A stretch of DNA of 64,000 nucleotides, from sequence record PZ242158.1, one strand, 5' to 3'. The DNA is from a phage. Positions 1-9,723 of the stretch are shown one piece after another. Position numbers and translations under genes: made by a program. Every line of letters starts with the position of its first letter. The first letter of the stretch is position 1. The notes beneath the pieces are model-generated. The model had not been told where the DNA came from. It did not search any database and saw only the letters and a list, made by a program, of their open reading frames with translations.

Positions 1-753
1 TACAAAGAACACTACCACAAAGGTGTTGTGTGGAGTCTATTTGACGGGTCTGGTGGTGCAGTTATTGACTGGGCGAAAGCTGGGTACCTGTGCCTGTGCT
101 TTAATGCAGAAGGTGCTGACCACGGCAGTTATGCAGAGGTGATAACCGATCATCCTAACATTCACTATGTGGATTATTGGATTGACCCATGGTTCCCTCA
201 GGAAACTTTTTGCATGTATCCAGCTCCAGACTTTATTCTTGCATTTCCTCCGTGCACGCATTTAGCGGTATCAGGTGCTGCACATTTTAAGAAAAAGCTG
301 GCTAAGGATCCTTTGATCCAAATTAATGCTGTAAAGGATGCTCGGGTTGCGGAAGAGTTGGGAGAGATTTACGATTGCCCGTGGCATGTAGAGAATCCTG
401 TAGGGGTTATGTCCACACTGTGGCGAAAACCTGATTACCGTTTTCATCCTTCGGATTATGGTGGGTATTTACCGGAGGATGATGTAAACCCCTGGTTTCC
501 TGAATTTATAGCTCCACGTGATGCCTATCCAAAAATAACTTGCGGCTGGATAGGCAATGGATTTATAATCCCGGCCACAAAACCTGTCCCGCAAATAGTT
601 GACGCGGTTAGCGGGTATTCCATGCAACACGCCAAGCTGGGTGGAAAGAGTGCAAGAACGAAGATGATCCGAAGCCTCACGCCACGTGGCTGGGCAAAAG
701 CCGTATTCTTAGCAAACGAGCCTGTAGTAAGGAGCAGAATTAATGGGAAGTAA
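1..753 (+). CDS. DNA (cytosine-5)-methyltransferase-like protein, 5'-truncated at window edge
   Basis: Frame open to position 1; motifs in C5-MTase order and spacing: SLFDGSGG (I), FPPC (IV, Gln replaced by Thr), VENPVG (VI). Short for a full C5-MTase. Confidence 0.45.
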   Translation, partial: YKEHYHKGVVWSLFDGSGGAVIDWAKAGYLCLCFNAEGADHGSYAEVITDHPNIHYVDYWIDPWFPQETFCMYPAPDFILAFPPCTHLAVSGAAHFKKKLAKDPLIQINAVKDARVAEELGEIYDCPWHVENPVGVMSTLWRKPDYRFHPSDYGGYLPEDDVNPWFPEFIAPRDAYPKITCGWIGNGFIIPATKPVPQIVDAVSGYSMQHAKLGGKSARTKMIRSLTPRGWAKAVFLANEPVVRSRINGK

Positions 754-2821
754 ATTTATGGCATCTGCATACAACCGTTTCGGTGAGCCAAACCCGAAAG
801 CAACTAAGTATAAAAGTGGGGGGAGTGTGAAACGAGACTATCGTGATGAAAAAGAGGTTGAAACTGTAGAGACTGTTTTAGAAAATACTAAAATCGTCCC
901 TGTCCCACAACAAAATATCGGTCTGATGGCTGCACAATATTTTGGTGTGCGATCAGCATTATCCCAAGAAGATGGTGTGACAGTCACTGCAACATATTTC
1001 CCATATTACGACCGCTACGGAAATCTGTCCGGTTTCAAAAAGCGTGACTGGACGATTCCTAAAGAGCAAAGAGGCCATTTCTCCGTTGTTGGCATAGTAA
1101 AGGCTAACTCTCAGATGTTTGGTCAAAAGCTGTGTGCATCTTCCAACAACCGTAAGCAGATTAACGTTTGTGAGGGAGAAGGTGATGTTATTGCAGCATG
1201 GCAGGCTGCATATCAGATACAAGTAAAAGGGATTCTCACCAACGCTAAAGCCCCGGCAAAGGTGAAACAGTGGGCTAAAGAGGTCCAGGACGGGATCGAT
1301 GCAGTTATCAACGGTGGCGATCTGGCAGGAAAACCATGCCTGCCTTTTGTTGGAATTAACTGTGGATGTGCAAACGCAGTAGATACTTTTGCAAACAATG
1401 AGAAGTTTATCCGTAGCTATGGAACAGTTGTGCTGGCAATGGATAACGATGCAGCTAACGAGGTAGAGAAGCAAAAACACGTCATTAAAGGTGTTGAGGC
1501 CACGCACAATATCGCAGCATTTTTGATGGCTGATAACGTTTACCACGTAGAATACCCTGGTGAAGTAAATGACCCTGACGGGGTAAAAGATATCCGTGAC
1601 ATGCTGAAGGCTAAAAAGCTGGAAGATATTGTCAACATGTTCCGGCACCCTGTTAAATATGTGCCTGATGCTGTGTCGGATTTAGAAGACTTCTCTATCG
1701 AGTCTTTGCGGAAAAAGACTTCCAACGGGGTAGATATCAGCGCAGAGTTCCCAAAACTGCAAAAAATGCTAAAAGGCTTGCACAAAGGGACACTCGTAAT
1801 GCTTACAGGGCCATCAGGGGGCGGTAAAACAACTGTAGCTAAAAAACTGGAACATTGTATTGCAAGATACCTAATGGACCCGACATGCCCGAAGGCTGAT
1901 GACTATGAAGAGGATGATCGTCTATGTATGATCCATCTTGAGGAGGACCCAGAGGAAGCAATTAACTCCTTGTATGCAAACCAGTTAGGGTTTGATGTTA
2001 AAGAGTTTGTTGAAGATCCTAGCCAGTTTTTAACTGATCAAGAACACGCAGAGATTCACCAATCATGGGCAAAAGCTGGAAAAATCAAAGTGTTCAAACA
2101 TTTCGGATCTATTCCGGTGGACGAGTTGATTACCAAGCTTAAGCAAATGGTTTGCCTGTACCATTGCCGTTATATTGTGCTGGATCACCTGTCCATGGTA
2201 ATTTCAGGGCTTAATGTTAAGGATGAGCGAAAAGAACTGGACATGGCTATGACTCAGCTGGCTGCGTTTTGTAAGCAGTTTAACGTGTTTATCTTGGTGA
2301 TCGCTCACCTCAAACGTACAGAGATTGTGCCTCCTAAGGACAAGGATGGTAACCCGTTACCTTTCTGGTATCCTGTGCGAAAAGAGAATTTGCGAGGATC
2401 GGCGGGGCTTGAACAGTTGAGTTGGGTAGTCATAGGTGTCGAGGCCGAAGAAATGGTGGATCGTTCTCGTGGACGTGTCCGTCTGGTAGGTCTTAAAAAC
2501 CGTCCAGCAAAAACTCTAGGTATTGCTGACACTTTGGTTATGGACCCGCACACAGGTAAGTTCCATGATGCCAGTAATTGGTACTGGGACAAAGAAATGC
2601 AAATGTTTACAGACGGAGAAGGTGGGGAGGTTGTTTGGAGACCTCAGGCTATGTTTGAGGATCAGGAGCATGCAGTTGTAGAAACACCTATGGGCAAGGT
2701 TGTGGCTGATAAGGTTGTAACTCCTACTGTTAAGCCTGTTGACACGCAGGAAGACCTCCAGTACGATGATCCATCCTCTGACCCGGTCCCTGGTTTTGAG
2801 GATGATGAAACGCCTTTTTAA
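743..2821 (+). CDS. DNA primase-helicase (T7 gp4-like, TOPRIM plus DnaB-family helicase)
   Basis: AGGAG RBS; TOPRIM-like CEGEGD and MDNDAAN motifs; Walker A GPSGGGKTT and Walker B IVLDHLS; acidic C-terminal tail ending DDETPF. Confidence 0.85.
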   Translation: MGSKFMASAYNRFGEPNPKATKYKSGGSVKRDYRDEKEVETVETVLENTKIVPVPQQNIGLMAAQYFGVRSALSQEDGVTVTATYFPYYDRYGNLSGFKKRDWTIPKEQRGHFSVVGIVKANSQMFGQKLCASSNNRKQINVCEGEGDVIAAWQAAYQIQVKGILTNAKAPAKVKQWAKEVQDGIDAVINGGDLAGKPCLPFVGINCGCANAVDTFANNEKFIRSYGTVVLAMDNDAANEVEKQKHVIKGVEATHNIAAFLMADNVYHVEYPGEVNDPDGVKDIRDMLKAKKLEDIVNMFRHPVKYVPDAVSDLEDFSIESLRKKTSNGVDISAEFPKLQKMLKGLHKGTLVMLTGPSGGGKTTVAKKLEHCIARYLMDPTCPKADDYEEDDRLCMIHLEEDPEEAINSLYANQLGFDVKEFVEDPSQFLTDQEHAEIHQSWAKAGKIKVFKHFGSIPVDELITKLKQMVCLYHCRYIVLDHLSMVISGLNVKDERKELDMAMTQLAAFCKQFNVFILVIAHLKRTEIVPPKDKDGNPLPFWYPVRKENLRGSAGLEQLSWVVIGVEAEEMVDRSRGRVRLVGLKNRPAKTLGIADTLVMDPHTGKFHDASNWYWDKEMQMFTDGEGGEVVWRPQAMFEDQEHAVVETPMGKVVADKVVTPTVKPVDTQEDLQYDDPSSDPVPGFEDDETPF

Positions 2822-2879
2822 TGTTTAACAAAGAGTGGGAGGGGTAGTACAACCGCCTCCCCTTTAAGGAGAACTGTAT

Positions 2880-5303
2880 ATGAGCATGTGGTCGTTCGAT
2901 TTTGAGTCATCCGGTTTGCTGGAAGACCCAGATCTTTATTATCACTGCGGCCTGTTTAAAGAGCTGAATAAGAACCGTTTTATGCTGTTCCTTCCTCTGA
3001 ATGACCGCACACACTACTCCGAGGAGGATATAGAGAAGGCCAAGAACTTTATTCTGGCAAAGAAAACTCTTTATAAGGATTTTGAAGTTCGCATAGCAGA
3101 TTTTTCGGAGTTGGAAGGTTGGCTTACAGGAAATTCCGACTGGTCACCAACAGCTTTGAACTGCCATAACTGCTACAGTTATGACTTTATGCTGATGGAG
3201 AGATTATCCGGTATTCATTTTGATATGTTCCGTGATCCTAAATGCATGGGGACTATCAACGACCACCAGGTTAACCTGTTTGATACGTTGGCTATGAGCC
3301 GAATCTTGTGGCCTGATCGCCCTTTACCAAAAGGTTGTCCGGACGCTGTATTCAACCCGGTTACTAAGAAAATGCAACCTGTTGGTCCTCACGGCCTTAT
3401 GGCATGGGGCTACGCCCTTGGTAACCAGAAAGTTCAAATTGATGACTGGCGCGATCTTCCGCTGTGGAAATATGTGGATCGTGTGTTCGAGGACGTTATC
3501 ATCCAGGAGTTGCTCTGGAAAGAGTTGGTAGCGGAATCAAAAGGTGTATTCTACGGCAAATCTGACATGCAGAACTTTATGTATGACCCTGCCAAAGAGA
3601 AGCCTAAAGGATTCAAGAAGATTACCTGGAAGAATGCATTACGCCGAGGCATGCTGCAGCATTTCCTGATGGAGCTGCAGGCTCGACAGGGTGTGTATTT
3701 CGACATAGATGGGGCTATTGCTTTACGTGACCGCTGCGATGCGTGGATGAAAGAGATCGCTGATCGTGTTGAACCACAACTTCCTTTAAAAGAGTTATCA
3801 ATGTCTCAGCGGCCTAAGTTCCCTGAAAAGCCGTTTAACCAGGATGGGACAATCTCCAATAATGGTTGGAAATGGTTAAAAGACAAGCTTGGCTACCCTG
3901 TGGACATGAGTGCTTTAGAATTCAAAGCTCCTCCTAAGCGAGCATTTACCTCCACAGGAGATGTCAGTAAGATGGGGATAAAATGGTGTGAAGAGATGGG
4001 CTGTAAAGACCCTGACAAGATGGCGGATTTCTTGAGGGGCTATATCAAGGGCACCTCCACACCACAACCTTTACCTAAAGAGCTAATGGATCAGGCAATA
4101 AGTGATCTACAGCAGAAGCGAATGCCTGACTGCAAGATACCTATGAAAATCAGTAATCAGGACGATATTAAGCGATACCTGATCAGTGCTGGTTGGCTTC
4201 CGACAATGTGGAGAACTAAGGATGTAACTAAAGACAGCAAGAAGAAAGCTCTACCTGATGCAGATGTTGATGCACGAGTGTATGCATATATGGACGAGCT
4301 TTTAGAGTCAGAGTATTGTGACCTAATTATCAACTTCTGGAACAAAACTGATGCTAAGTTCCAGACAACCGTGCACAAGTTCCGAAGCTTTCCTAACTCC
4401 GAAAGGATTAAAAAGGAAGTATTCGGGAAAATACGTAGAAAAGCTAGGGCACTTATTACTTCTCCGCAACTGAAAGATACGTTTGGACACCTATGCCCGA
4501 ATCTTGAAAAATTGAACGGAGAGATGGCTAAAGATATCGTCTTGTGGTTATCATTGCGAAACCGCAGATCGGTCCTTGATCCAATCAAGGAGGATAAGGT
4601 TGATACTGGTCTTCTTAATCACCCACGTTTGAAGATTGACCATAAGCTTCCTGCTAAAAGTTCTGGATTAACAAACACTTCCCGACAGAAACACAGTATT
4701 TGTGCAAACATGCCTAAACCATCTCCTAAAGTGGTTATGGGTAAAGAGATGCGTAGTCTGTGGGGTGTTCCTCCAGGATACTTTGAGATCGGTATTGACG
4801 GGTCCAACTTAGAGCAGCTTATCGGGGCTTGGGGTGCCTTTGAGTTCGACAACGGCCTGTATTACGATGTTGTAAGTAACGGGGACGCACACCAAAACAA
4901 TGCTGAGGCATATACAAAAGTAGCAGGTAGAGAGGTGTCTCGTAACGACGGTAAACCTATCACGTATGGGGTTATGTATGGGGCACAAAAAGATAAAGTT
5001 GCAGATATGCTGGACATCTCTCCAGAGTTGGGACAAAGGGTAATCGATGCACTCTGGGATGCCAACCCTGGTCTTAAGGGGCGTAAAGAAGATCTGGAGA
5101 AATTCTGGGAAGCAACGGGTAAGAAGTTTATCTACTCTTTTGATGGTCATGCTATCTGGACCCGATCTAAACACTCTTTACTTAATGCATACCAACAAAA
5201 TGGCGGCGCATCGTTGTGTGACTTAGTTGGGATACTCATGCACCATCAAATGGTGAAGCGTGGGTGGTACGATGAAGGTGTTCGTCGTATTATCTATTAC
5301 CAT
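2880..5303 (+). CDS. DNA polymerase, family A, exon 1
   Basis: AAGGAG RBS; exo motifs FDFESSG and HNCYSYD; motif B KPITYGVMYG; ORF stops one codon after the His where motif C (HDE) is expected. Confidence 0.8.
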
Positions 5304-6145
5304 AAATAACATTGTGGCTTCGTGCAGTGATGCACGTCGAAAACCTCTTTAATTGACGGGAAGGCTAAGTTGACTTTTACACCTAAACATGGTAAAAGCT
5401 CAATATGCTAATCCGCAGCGAAGACTAAAGGGGTGTAGTTAAAATGGCTAGATCAGTTGATTATCACGGATATACCGTGTTTGATGATGGAACAATACCT
5501 TTATCGAAACGTGATCATACAACAATGTTTTGTTTTGATAATGGTCGAGGTTACCTTTGCGTAACCATGTTCATCGAGGGGAAGCAGTGCACAAAAGGTG
5601 TCCACCACTTGGTTGCTGAATGCTTTGTATCAAACCCTGATCCTGAAAGGCTCACATGGGTGAACCATAAGGACGGAAACAAATACAACAATGCATACTG
5701 GAACCTTGAATGGACCACCCCTGGTGGAAATATCAAACACGCTTATGATAATGACCTCAGAGTAAGGCCAGTCGGTGAGTATAATGCCAACGCTGTACTG
5801 ACCGAGGATGAGGTAACGGAGATTTGCGAACTGTTACAGAGTGGTCTACGACAATGCGAGATTAGGGATCTTGGGTATCCTTATGAGACGGTCAGAGCCA
5901 TAAAGCAAAGAAGACAGTGGAAACATATCTCTAAAAACTACACCTGGTAGTAACGTTCAGAGACTATCGAAAGCATAGCGCCAACATAAATTGGTGCGAA
6001 GAAGCGAGTAGAGTAGGCCAGCAAGTGCGGTCGAAATGGGAGGTGCCTTGGTAACAAGGTAGTGAGATAGTCCGATCCATACAGGAAACTGTATGGCTGT
6101 GCACGTAATGGTGCGGGGTAGCTTAACGACCTACCTGAACTATTG
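5304..6145 (+). mobile_element. Group I intron in DNA polymerase gene, carrying an HNH homing endonuclease ORF
   Basis: 5' exon ends in U, intron ends in G; P-like AATTGACGGGAAGG (~5350), Q-like AATCCGCAGC (~5410), R-like GTTCAGAGACTA (~5955), S-like GAGATAGTCC (~6064); boundaries approximate. Confidence 0.7.
5444..5950 (+). CDS. HNH homing endonuclease (intron-encoded)
   Basis: HNH signature VNHKDGNKYNNAYWNLEW; C-terminal helix-turn-helix-like module; lies between Q and R elements of the intron. Confidence 0.8.
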   Translation: MARSVDYHGYTVFDDGTIPLSKRDHTTMFCFDNGRGYLCVTMFIEGKQCTKGVHHLVAECFVSNPDPERLTWVNHKDGNKYNNAYWNLEWTTPGGNIKHAYDNDLRVRPVGEYNANAVLTEDEVTEICELLQSGLRQCEIRDLGYPYETVRAIKQRRQWKHISKNYTW

Positions 6146-6499
6146 GATGAGTACCAACTTCAGGTCCCTGACACACCTAAGTATAAGACTGTGTACACCT
6201 TCGACACAATTGAAGAATTGGAAGCATTTAAGGCAGAGCAGGAGGCCAAACTTCATGTGTTCGACGGTCATAAGTACAAAAAGGCACGCAAGGATGAAAA
6301 CGGAAACGAAGTGGTTGACAGAGACGGAAACACGGTGTACGATCCTATCCTGAACGATGACGGAAAGCTTGAACTTATCTGGAGCCCTGTGGGTGAAATG
6401 GTGGTGCATTGCTTCTGGCAAGCTTCTAAAATGATGGGAGTCCCGTTCCAGATCACAGGTGAATACTTGTGTGGTCGTAACTGGGGTGATTGTCACTAA
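6146..6499 (+). CDS. DNA polymerase, family A, exon 2
   Basis: Begins DEYQLQV, completing motif C as YYH|DEY; ends GRNWGDCH, the canonical Pol A C-terminus; no RBS of its own; ORF-track start is a TTG at 6143. Confidence 0.7.
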   Translation, partial: DEYQLQVPDTPKYKTVYTFDTIEELEAFKAEQEAKLHVFDGHKYKKARKDENGNEVVDRDGNTVYDPILNDDGKLELIWSPVGEMVVHCFWQASKMMGVPFQITGEYLCGRNWGDCH

Positions 6500-6548
6500 T
6501 GTAAACTATCAACACATGGAAGTGTTGTTGAGCAAAGAGGAGACTTTT

Positions 6549-6866
6549 ATGGTAGTAGAACCAACAAAAACATTTACATCCATGACTATCCCTGTTATTA
6601 TGCAGGTGGAGTGTGTTCAGGTATCTCAAGTGTGGCCAGGCACTAAAATCCCAACAGGGCCTGATTTCTTTCAGGTTGGGAAAGTGTACAATGTCTGGAA
6701 AGCACCAGATTGTCACCCTTTCATTAAAGAGAAGGCACCAAATTGCTACCCTTTCATCAAAGATGACCGTGGAATGCTGTGGTATCTTGGAAATGACTTG
6801 ACACTGCACCTTGGGAATGCTATTATTGCAGTATTCAGACTTAACAAGAAGGAGACTGATCAATGA
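6549..6866 (+). CDS. hypothetical protein
   Basis: ORF-track ORF trimmed to Met with AAGAGGAG RBS; no recognisable domain. Confidence 0.5.
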   Translation: MVVEPTKTFTSMTIPVIMQVECVQVSQVWPGTKIPTGPDFFQVGKVYNVWKAPDCHPFIKEKAPNCYPFIKDDRGMLWYLGNDLTLHLGNAIIAVFRLNKKETDQ

Positions 6867-7090
6867 CGACTTTGGTTAAAGCTACCTTTGTAGAAGAAAA
6901 GATGACAGACCTGTCATTCTTTAAAGAAGGAAAGACCTACGAGGTTTATTACGATAAAGCTCGTGCAAACAAAATGATTAAAGACGAGGAAGGGGTTGCC
7001 TGGTATATCTCTCACCTGGCAAACGGTGAGTATCATATCTACGGAACCACTTTGCTTGCCAAGTTTGTAGTTGTTGAAGAGGACCTATGA
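6863..7090 (+). CDS. hypothetical protein
   Basis: ORF with start overlapping upstream stop (coupled); no recognisable domain. Confidence 0.5.
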   Translation: MTTLVKATFVEEKMTDLSFFKEGKTYEVYYDKARANKMIKDEEGVAWYISHLANGEYHIYGTTLLAKFVVVEEDL

Positions 7091-7281
7091 AAGTAAAGTA
7101 TCTGGCTGAGGGTATGAGTAGGTATTTCACCCTTGGTGAAGAATATTGGCCCTTTACAAGCAACGGCGATGTCTACGTGAAAGATAATTTCGGCACGCCG
7201 TGGTTTCTGCACCCTAATGGGCTGGGATACTCCATTTACTGCGGTGCAGTGAACAACACAACACTTGCAGAGTTTGTATAG
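7087..7281 (+). CDS. hypothetical protein
   Basis: Coupled ORF in same-strand array; no domain. Confidence 0.45.
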   Translation: MKVKYLAEGMSRYFTLGEEYWPFTSNGDVYVKDNFGTPWFLHPNGLGYSIYCGAVNNTTLAEFV

Positions 7282-7291
7282 AGGAGGTAGA

Positions 7292-7663
7292 ATGTTAGTA
7301 AAAGGTACCCACACAGTCAAACAACGTATTGAAGTTGAGATTGATGACTGCGAGCTGAAGCATATTTTACGGTCATGCTCCAACGTTTTGCTCCTTAGCA
7401 TTCTTCAGGAGCGAGCAGAGAACGAGTTCTTAAATGCACTGGCAGGCCGTCCTGGTGACTTCTGTGTGCGTAAGCGTGGTGACAACAAGTCATGGCTGTG
7501 GGAAATCGATGCCGACTGGGATTACCACAAAAATGAGGGTATAGATGAGCCTATTCGTGAATTGACAGACAAAGAGGTTCAGACGTACAATGAAGTTTGT
7601 CATTGGGCAACACGCCAACAAATCTACCTCGACCCTGTGTGGCTGATTGAAAATAGCCATTGA
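7292..7663 (+). CDS. hypothetical protein
   Basis: Start set at Met after GAGGAGG RBS (track ORF begins 7265); no domain. Confidence 0.5.
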   Translation: MLVKGTHTVKQRIEVEIDDCELKHILRSCSNVLLLSILQERAENEFLNALAGRPGDFCVRKRGDNKSWLWEIDADWDYHKNEGIDEPIRELTDKEVQTYNEVCHWATRQQIYLDPVWLIENSH

Positions 7664-7739
7664 CAAGAAGTAAGATTAGATATAAGATGCTTCACACAAA
7701 CAGAGCGTTGATTTTTAAATAACTAAGGAGACTGCCAAG

Positions 7740-7994
7740 ATGAAAATTACTTTGAAGCCAGAATGCGTTGCAAATGACCGAGCTTTTAAAGATTGCACAG
7801 TCGGTGCAATTTATGAAGCAGAGTTTTGTGAGAACCCTCTGGTAAAAGCCCTTCTGGAAGAAGGGGCCCCTTTATCACAAGAAGAGATTGATGAGCTGGA
7901 AAACTCAGCACAGTGCCTTACCTTTAAAGATGACGAAGGAGACTCTGTCTGGTGCACTGTTAATGAAGTAGTTTTTGTAAAACCTGAACATTAA
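7740..7994 (+). CDS. hypothetical protein (paralog pair with 8058..8330)
   Basis: AAGGAG RBS; shares KP-x-F-DCT and KDD-GD-C-T motifs with the next ORF. Confidence 0.55.
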   Translation: MKITLKPECVANDRAFKDCTVGAIYEAEFCENPLVKALLEEGAPLSQEEIDELENSAQCLTFKDDEGDSVWCTVNEVVFVKPEH

Positions 7995-7997
7995 TAC

Positions 7998-8026
7998 TTG
8001 ACAACAGTGATGGGGCCTAATATAAT
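7998..8026 (+). promoter_or_regulatory. sigma70-like promoter
   Basis: TTGACA, 17-bp spacer, TATAAT; upstream of the 8058 start. Confidence 0.5.
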
Positions 8027-8057
8027 GGCCCTATCAAAACGAAAGGGGACCACAGCA

Positions 8058-8330
8058 ATGACCAAACAATATCAACGAATTAAAGCCAAGGTTAAGCCAG
8101 ACTATCTGGAAAAGGACTCTGCTTTTCGGGACTGCACAGCTGACAAAGTTTACACAGGGGCCGTCCTGCTGAACGATGAATTTGAAGTATATGTTCTGGG
8201 TAAAGAGGCCACTATTAAGGACGACCAAGGAGATTATGTTTGCTGCACCACACGTGAGCTAGAAATCTTAGAATACTTCGGTGAAATCTTCACCTCTCTT
8301 GATGATTACTTAGACGACGAGGAAGCGTGA
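8058..8330 (+). CDS. hypothetical protein (paralog of 7740..7994)
   Basis: Start moved to internal Met after AAAGGGGA RBS and downstream of the promoter; paralogous motifs. Confidence 0.5.
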   Translation: MTKQYQRIKAKVKPDYLEKDSAFRDCTADKVYTGAVLLNDEFEVYVLGKEATIKDDQGDYVCCTTRELEILEYFGEIFTSLDDYLDDEEA

Positions 8331-8719
8331 TGAAAAATATTTGGGATATTGATATCTTTGAAGCCTCTAAGCTTGACGGTGCTGATGGAGTGATTATGGT
8401 GTCTGATGGCAAGGCAACACTAACTTCAGGAGATATCATCTATGCCTTGGACGAGCTGGCGCTTCTGAAATCTACCGGTAACACTTTAGAGGAGCGTCTT
8501 CAAGGCTTCGCCTTCAAAGAAGGCACAAATACAGCCATGATGTGCACCACACGGACAGTTCAGGTGGGTAACGGTGTCTATATGATCATTGCTGTGTGTC
8601 CTAAATTCAGCAACGTCAACAAAGATGATGCTGACGCTGTCAACGATGTGGTTGTTCTCTTCGTGGGTGACGCTATGGCAGACCTGATGAATGCAGGAGA
8701 AGCGGCAAATGAAGACTGA
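8327..8719 (+). CDS. hypothetical protein
   Basis: Coupled ORF; no domain. Confidence 0.5.
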   Translation: MMKNIWDIDIFEASKLDGADGVIMVSDGKATLTSGDIIYALDELALLKSTGNTLEERLQGFAFKEGTNTAMMCTTRTVQVGNGVYMIIAVCPKFSNVNKDDADAVNDVVVLFVGDAMADLMNAGEAANED

Positions 8720-9011
8720 AAACATTACCCCAGCAGGGTTCTTAAAAGTATACCGTGAACTGCTATATACTACAGAGGACAGTGTTCTAGAGTATCCAGA
8801 ATATCTTTTGCTGTATAAGTATCTACAGGAAGCTGGTGAAAATCTGCCAGTTAGTGCAGAAGGCGGTCCGAACTGGGTATACAGCGCATGGAGAAAGGTT
8901 GGCATTCTCCCAGATCCAGGTAAAGATATGGTAGTTTGGCAGCTTATCAACAACATCGGGATTCCAATCTTTGATGAAGCTGTTAAAATCTATTTTGAAC
9001 TTGACGATTAA
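8709..9011 (+). CDS. hypothetical protein
   Basis: Start set at second Met after AGGAGA RBS; no domain. Confidence 0.45.
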   Translation: MKTENITPAGFLKVYRELLYTTEDSVLEYPEYLLLYKYLQEAGENLPVSAEGGPNWVYSAWRKVGILPDPGKDMVVWQLINNIGIPIFDEAVKIYFELDD

Positions 9012-9028
9012 TATCAGGAGACCTTAAG

Positions 9029-9274
9029 ATGACTGAAGTAGTTGCTCGCGCAGGACAGAAAGTACGTTGTGTTGAAGTAGGTTTTGGTGGCAAAGGGTGT
9101 CAAAACTTGACTCAAGGTAAGGAATACGCTGTTATTTCTGGTGGTGGCGACGAAAGTATTGTGTTCGAGGGCCACATCCTGGATGCTGAAAACTTTGAAA
9201 TCTTTGACGACGATGGGGATCCGATCACCTGCCTGCTGGACGGGAATTGGGGAACTTTTGAAGTGATTGGCTAA
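9029..9274 (+). CDS. hypothetical protein
   Basis: GGAGA RBS; no domain. Confidence 0.5.
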   Translation: MTEVVARAGQKVRCVEVGFGGKGCQNLTQGKEYAVISGGGDESIVFEGHILDAENFEIFDDDGDPITCLLDGNWGTFEVIG

Positions 9275-9357
9275 CAAATATCTATTGTAATTTACAGAAG
9301 GGGATGCTAAAATAGTGTCTCCTTCTATGTTGTTCAAATAAAATCGGAGATTCCATA

Positions 9358-9723
9358 ATGGAACAAATGAACGATCAAGCGTCGGTTGCGATGAACGAGC
9401 AAGAACAACCTCAAGAATTTTTCTTAGGGTTAAGTAAAGATCAAGTGTCTCTTCTGCTAGTGCTTTCTTCTTTCATGGGAAGACTTCAGGAGCTTACACA
9501 ACAGCCAGAGGCTGAACAATTATTTCAGGCTCTGCGCGAAGAAGAAAAATATCGTCGTTTGGACTATGCCTTAGGTTGGGTAGCTCAACAACGAGATATG
9601 CTGATGGCTCTCTCTGGGACCACAAGTTTTGCAATGGGCCTGTTGGCTCAAGTTCAGGACAAATTAATTCAGGCAGGGTTTGCACACACGGCGAACACTA
9701 ACGAAGAACAAGGAGACAAATAA
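9358..9723 (+). CDS. hypothetical protein
   Basis: GGAGA RBS; no domain. Confidence 0.5.
   Translation: MEQMNDQASVAMNEQEQPQEFFLGLSKDQVSLLLVLSSFMGRLQELTQQPEAEQLFQALREEEKYRRLDYALGWVAQQRDMLMALSGTTSFAMGLLAQVQDKLIQAGFAHTANTNEEQGDK

Noticed and set aside
959-5174. Antisense ORFs inside the primase-helicase and polymerase genes (e.g. 959..1648 -, 4157..4588 -, 4809..5174 -)
   Set aside because: Shadow ORFs on the opposite strand of long well-supported genes; no RBS or domain.
6143-6499. Treating ORF 6143..6499 as an independent 118-aa gene
   Set aside because: No RBS, TTG start, and its sequence is exactly the missing motif C plus C-terminus of the upstream polymerase; better explained as exon 2.
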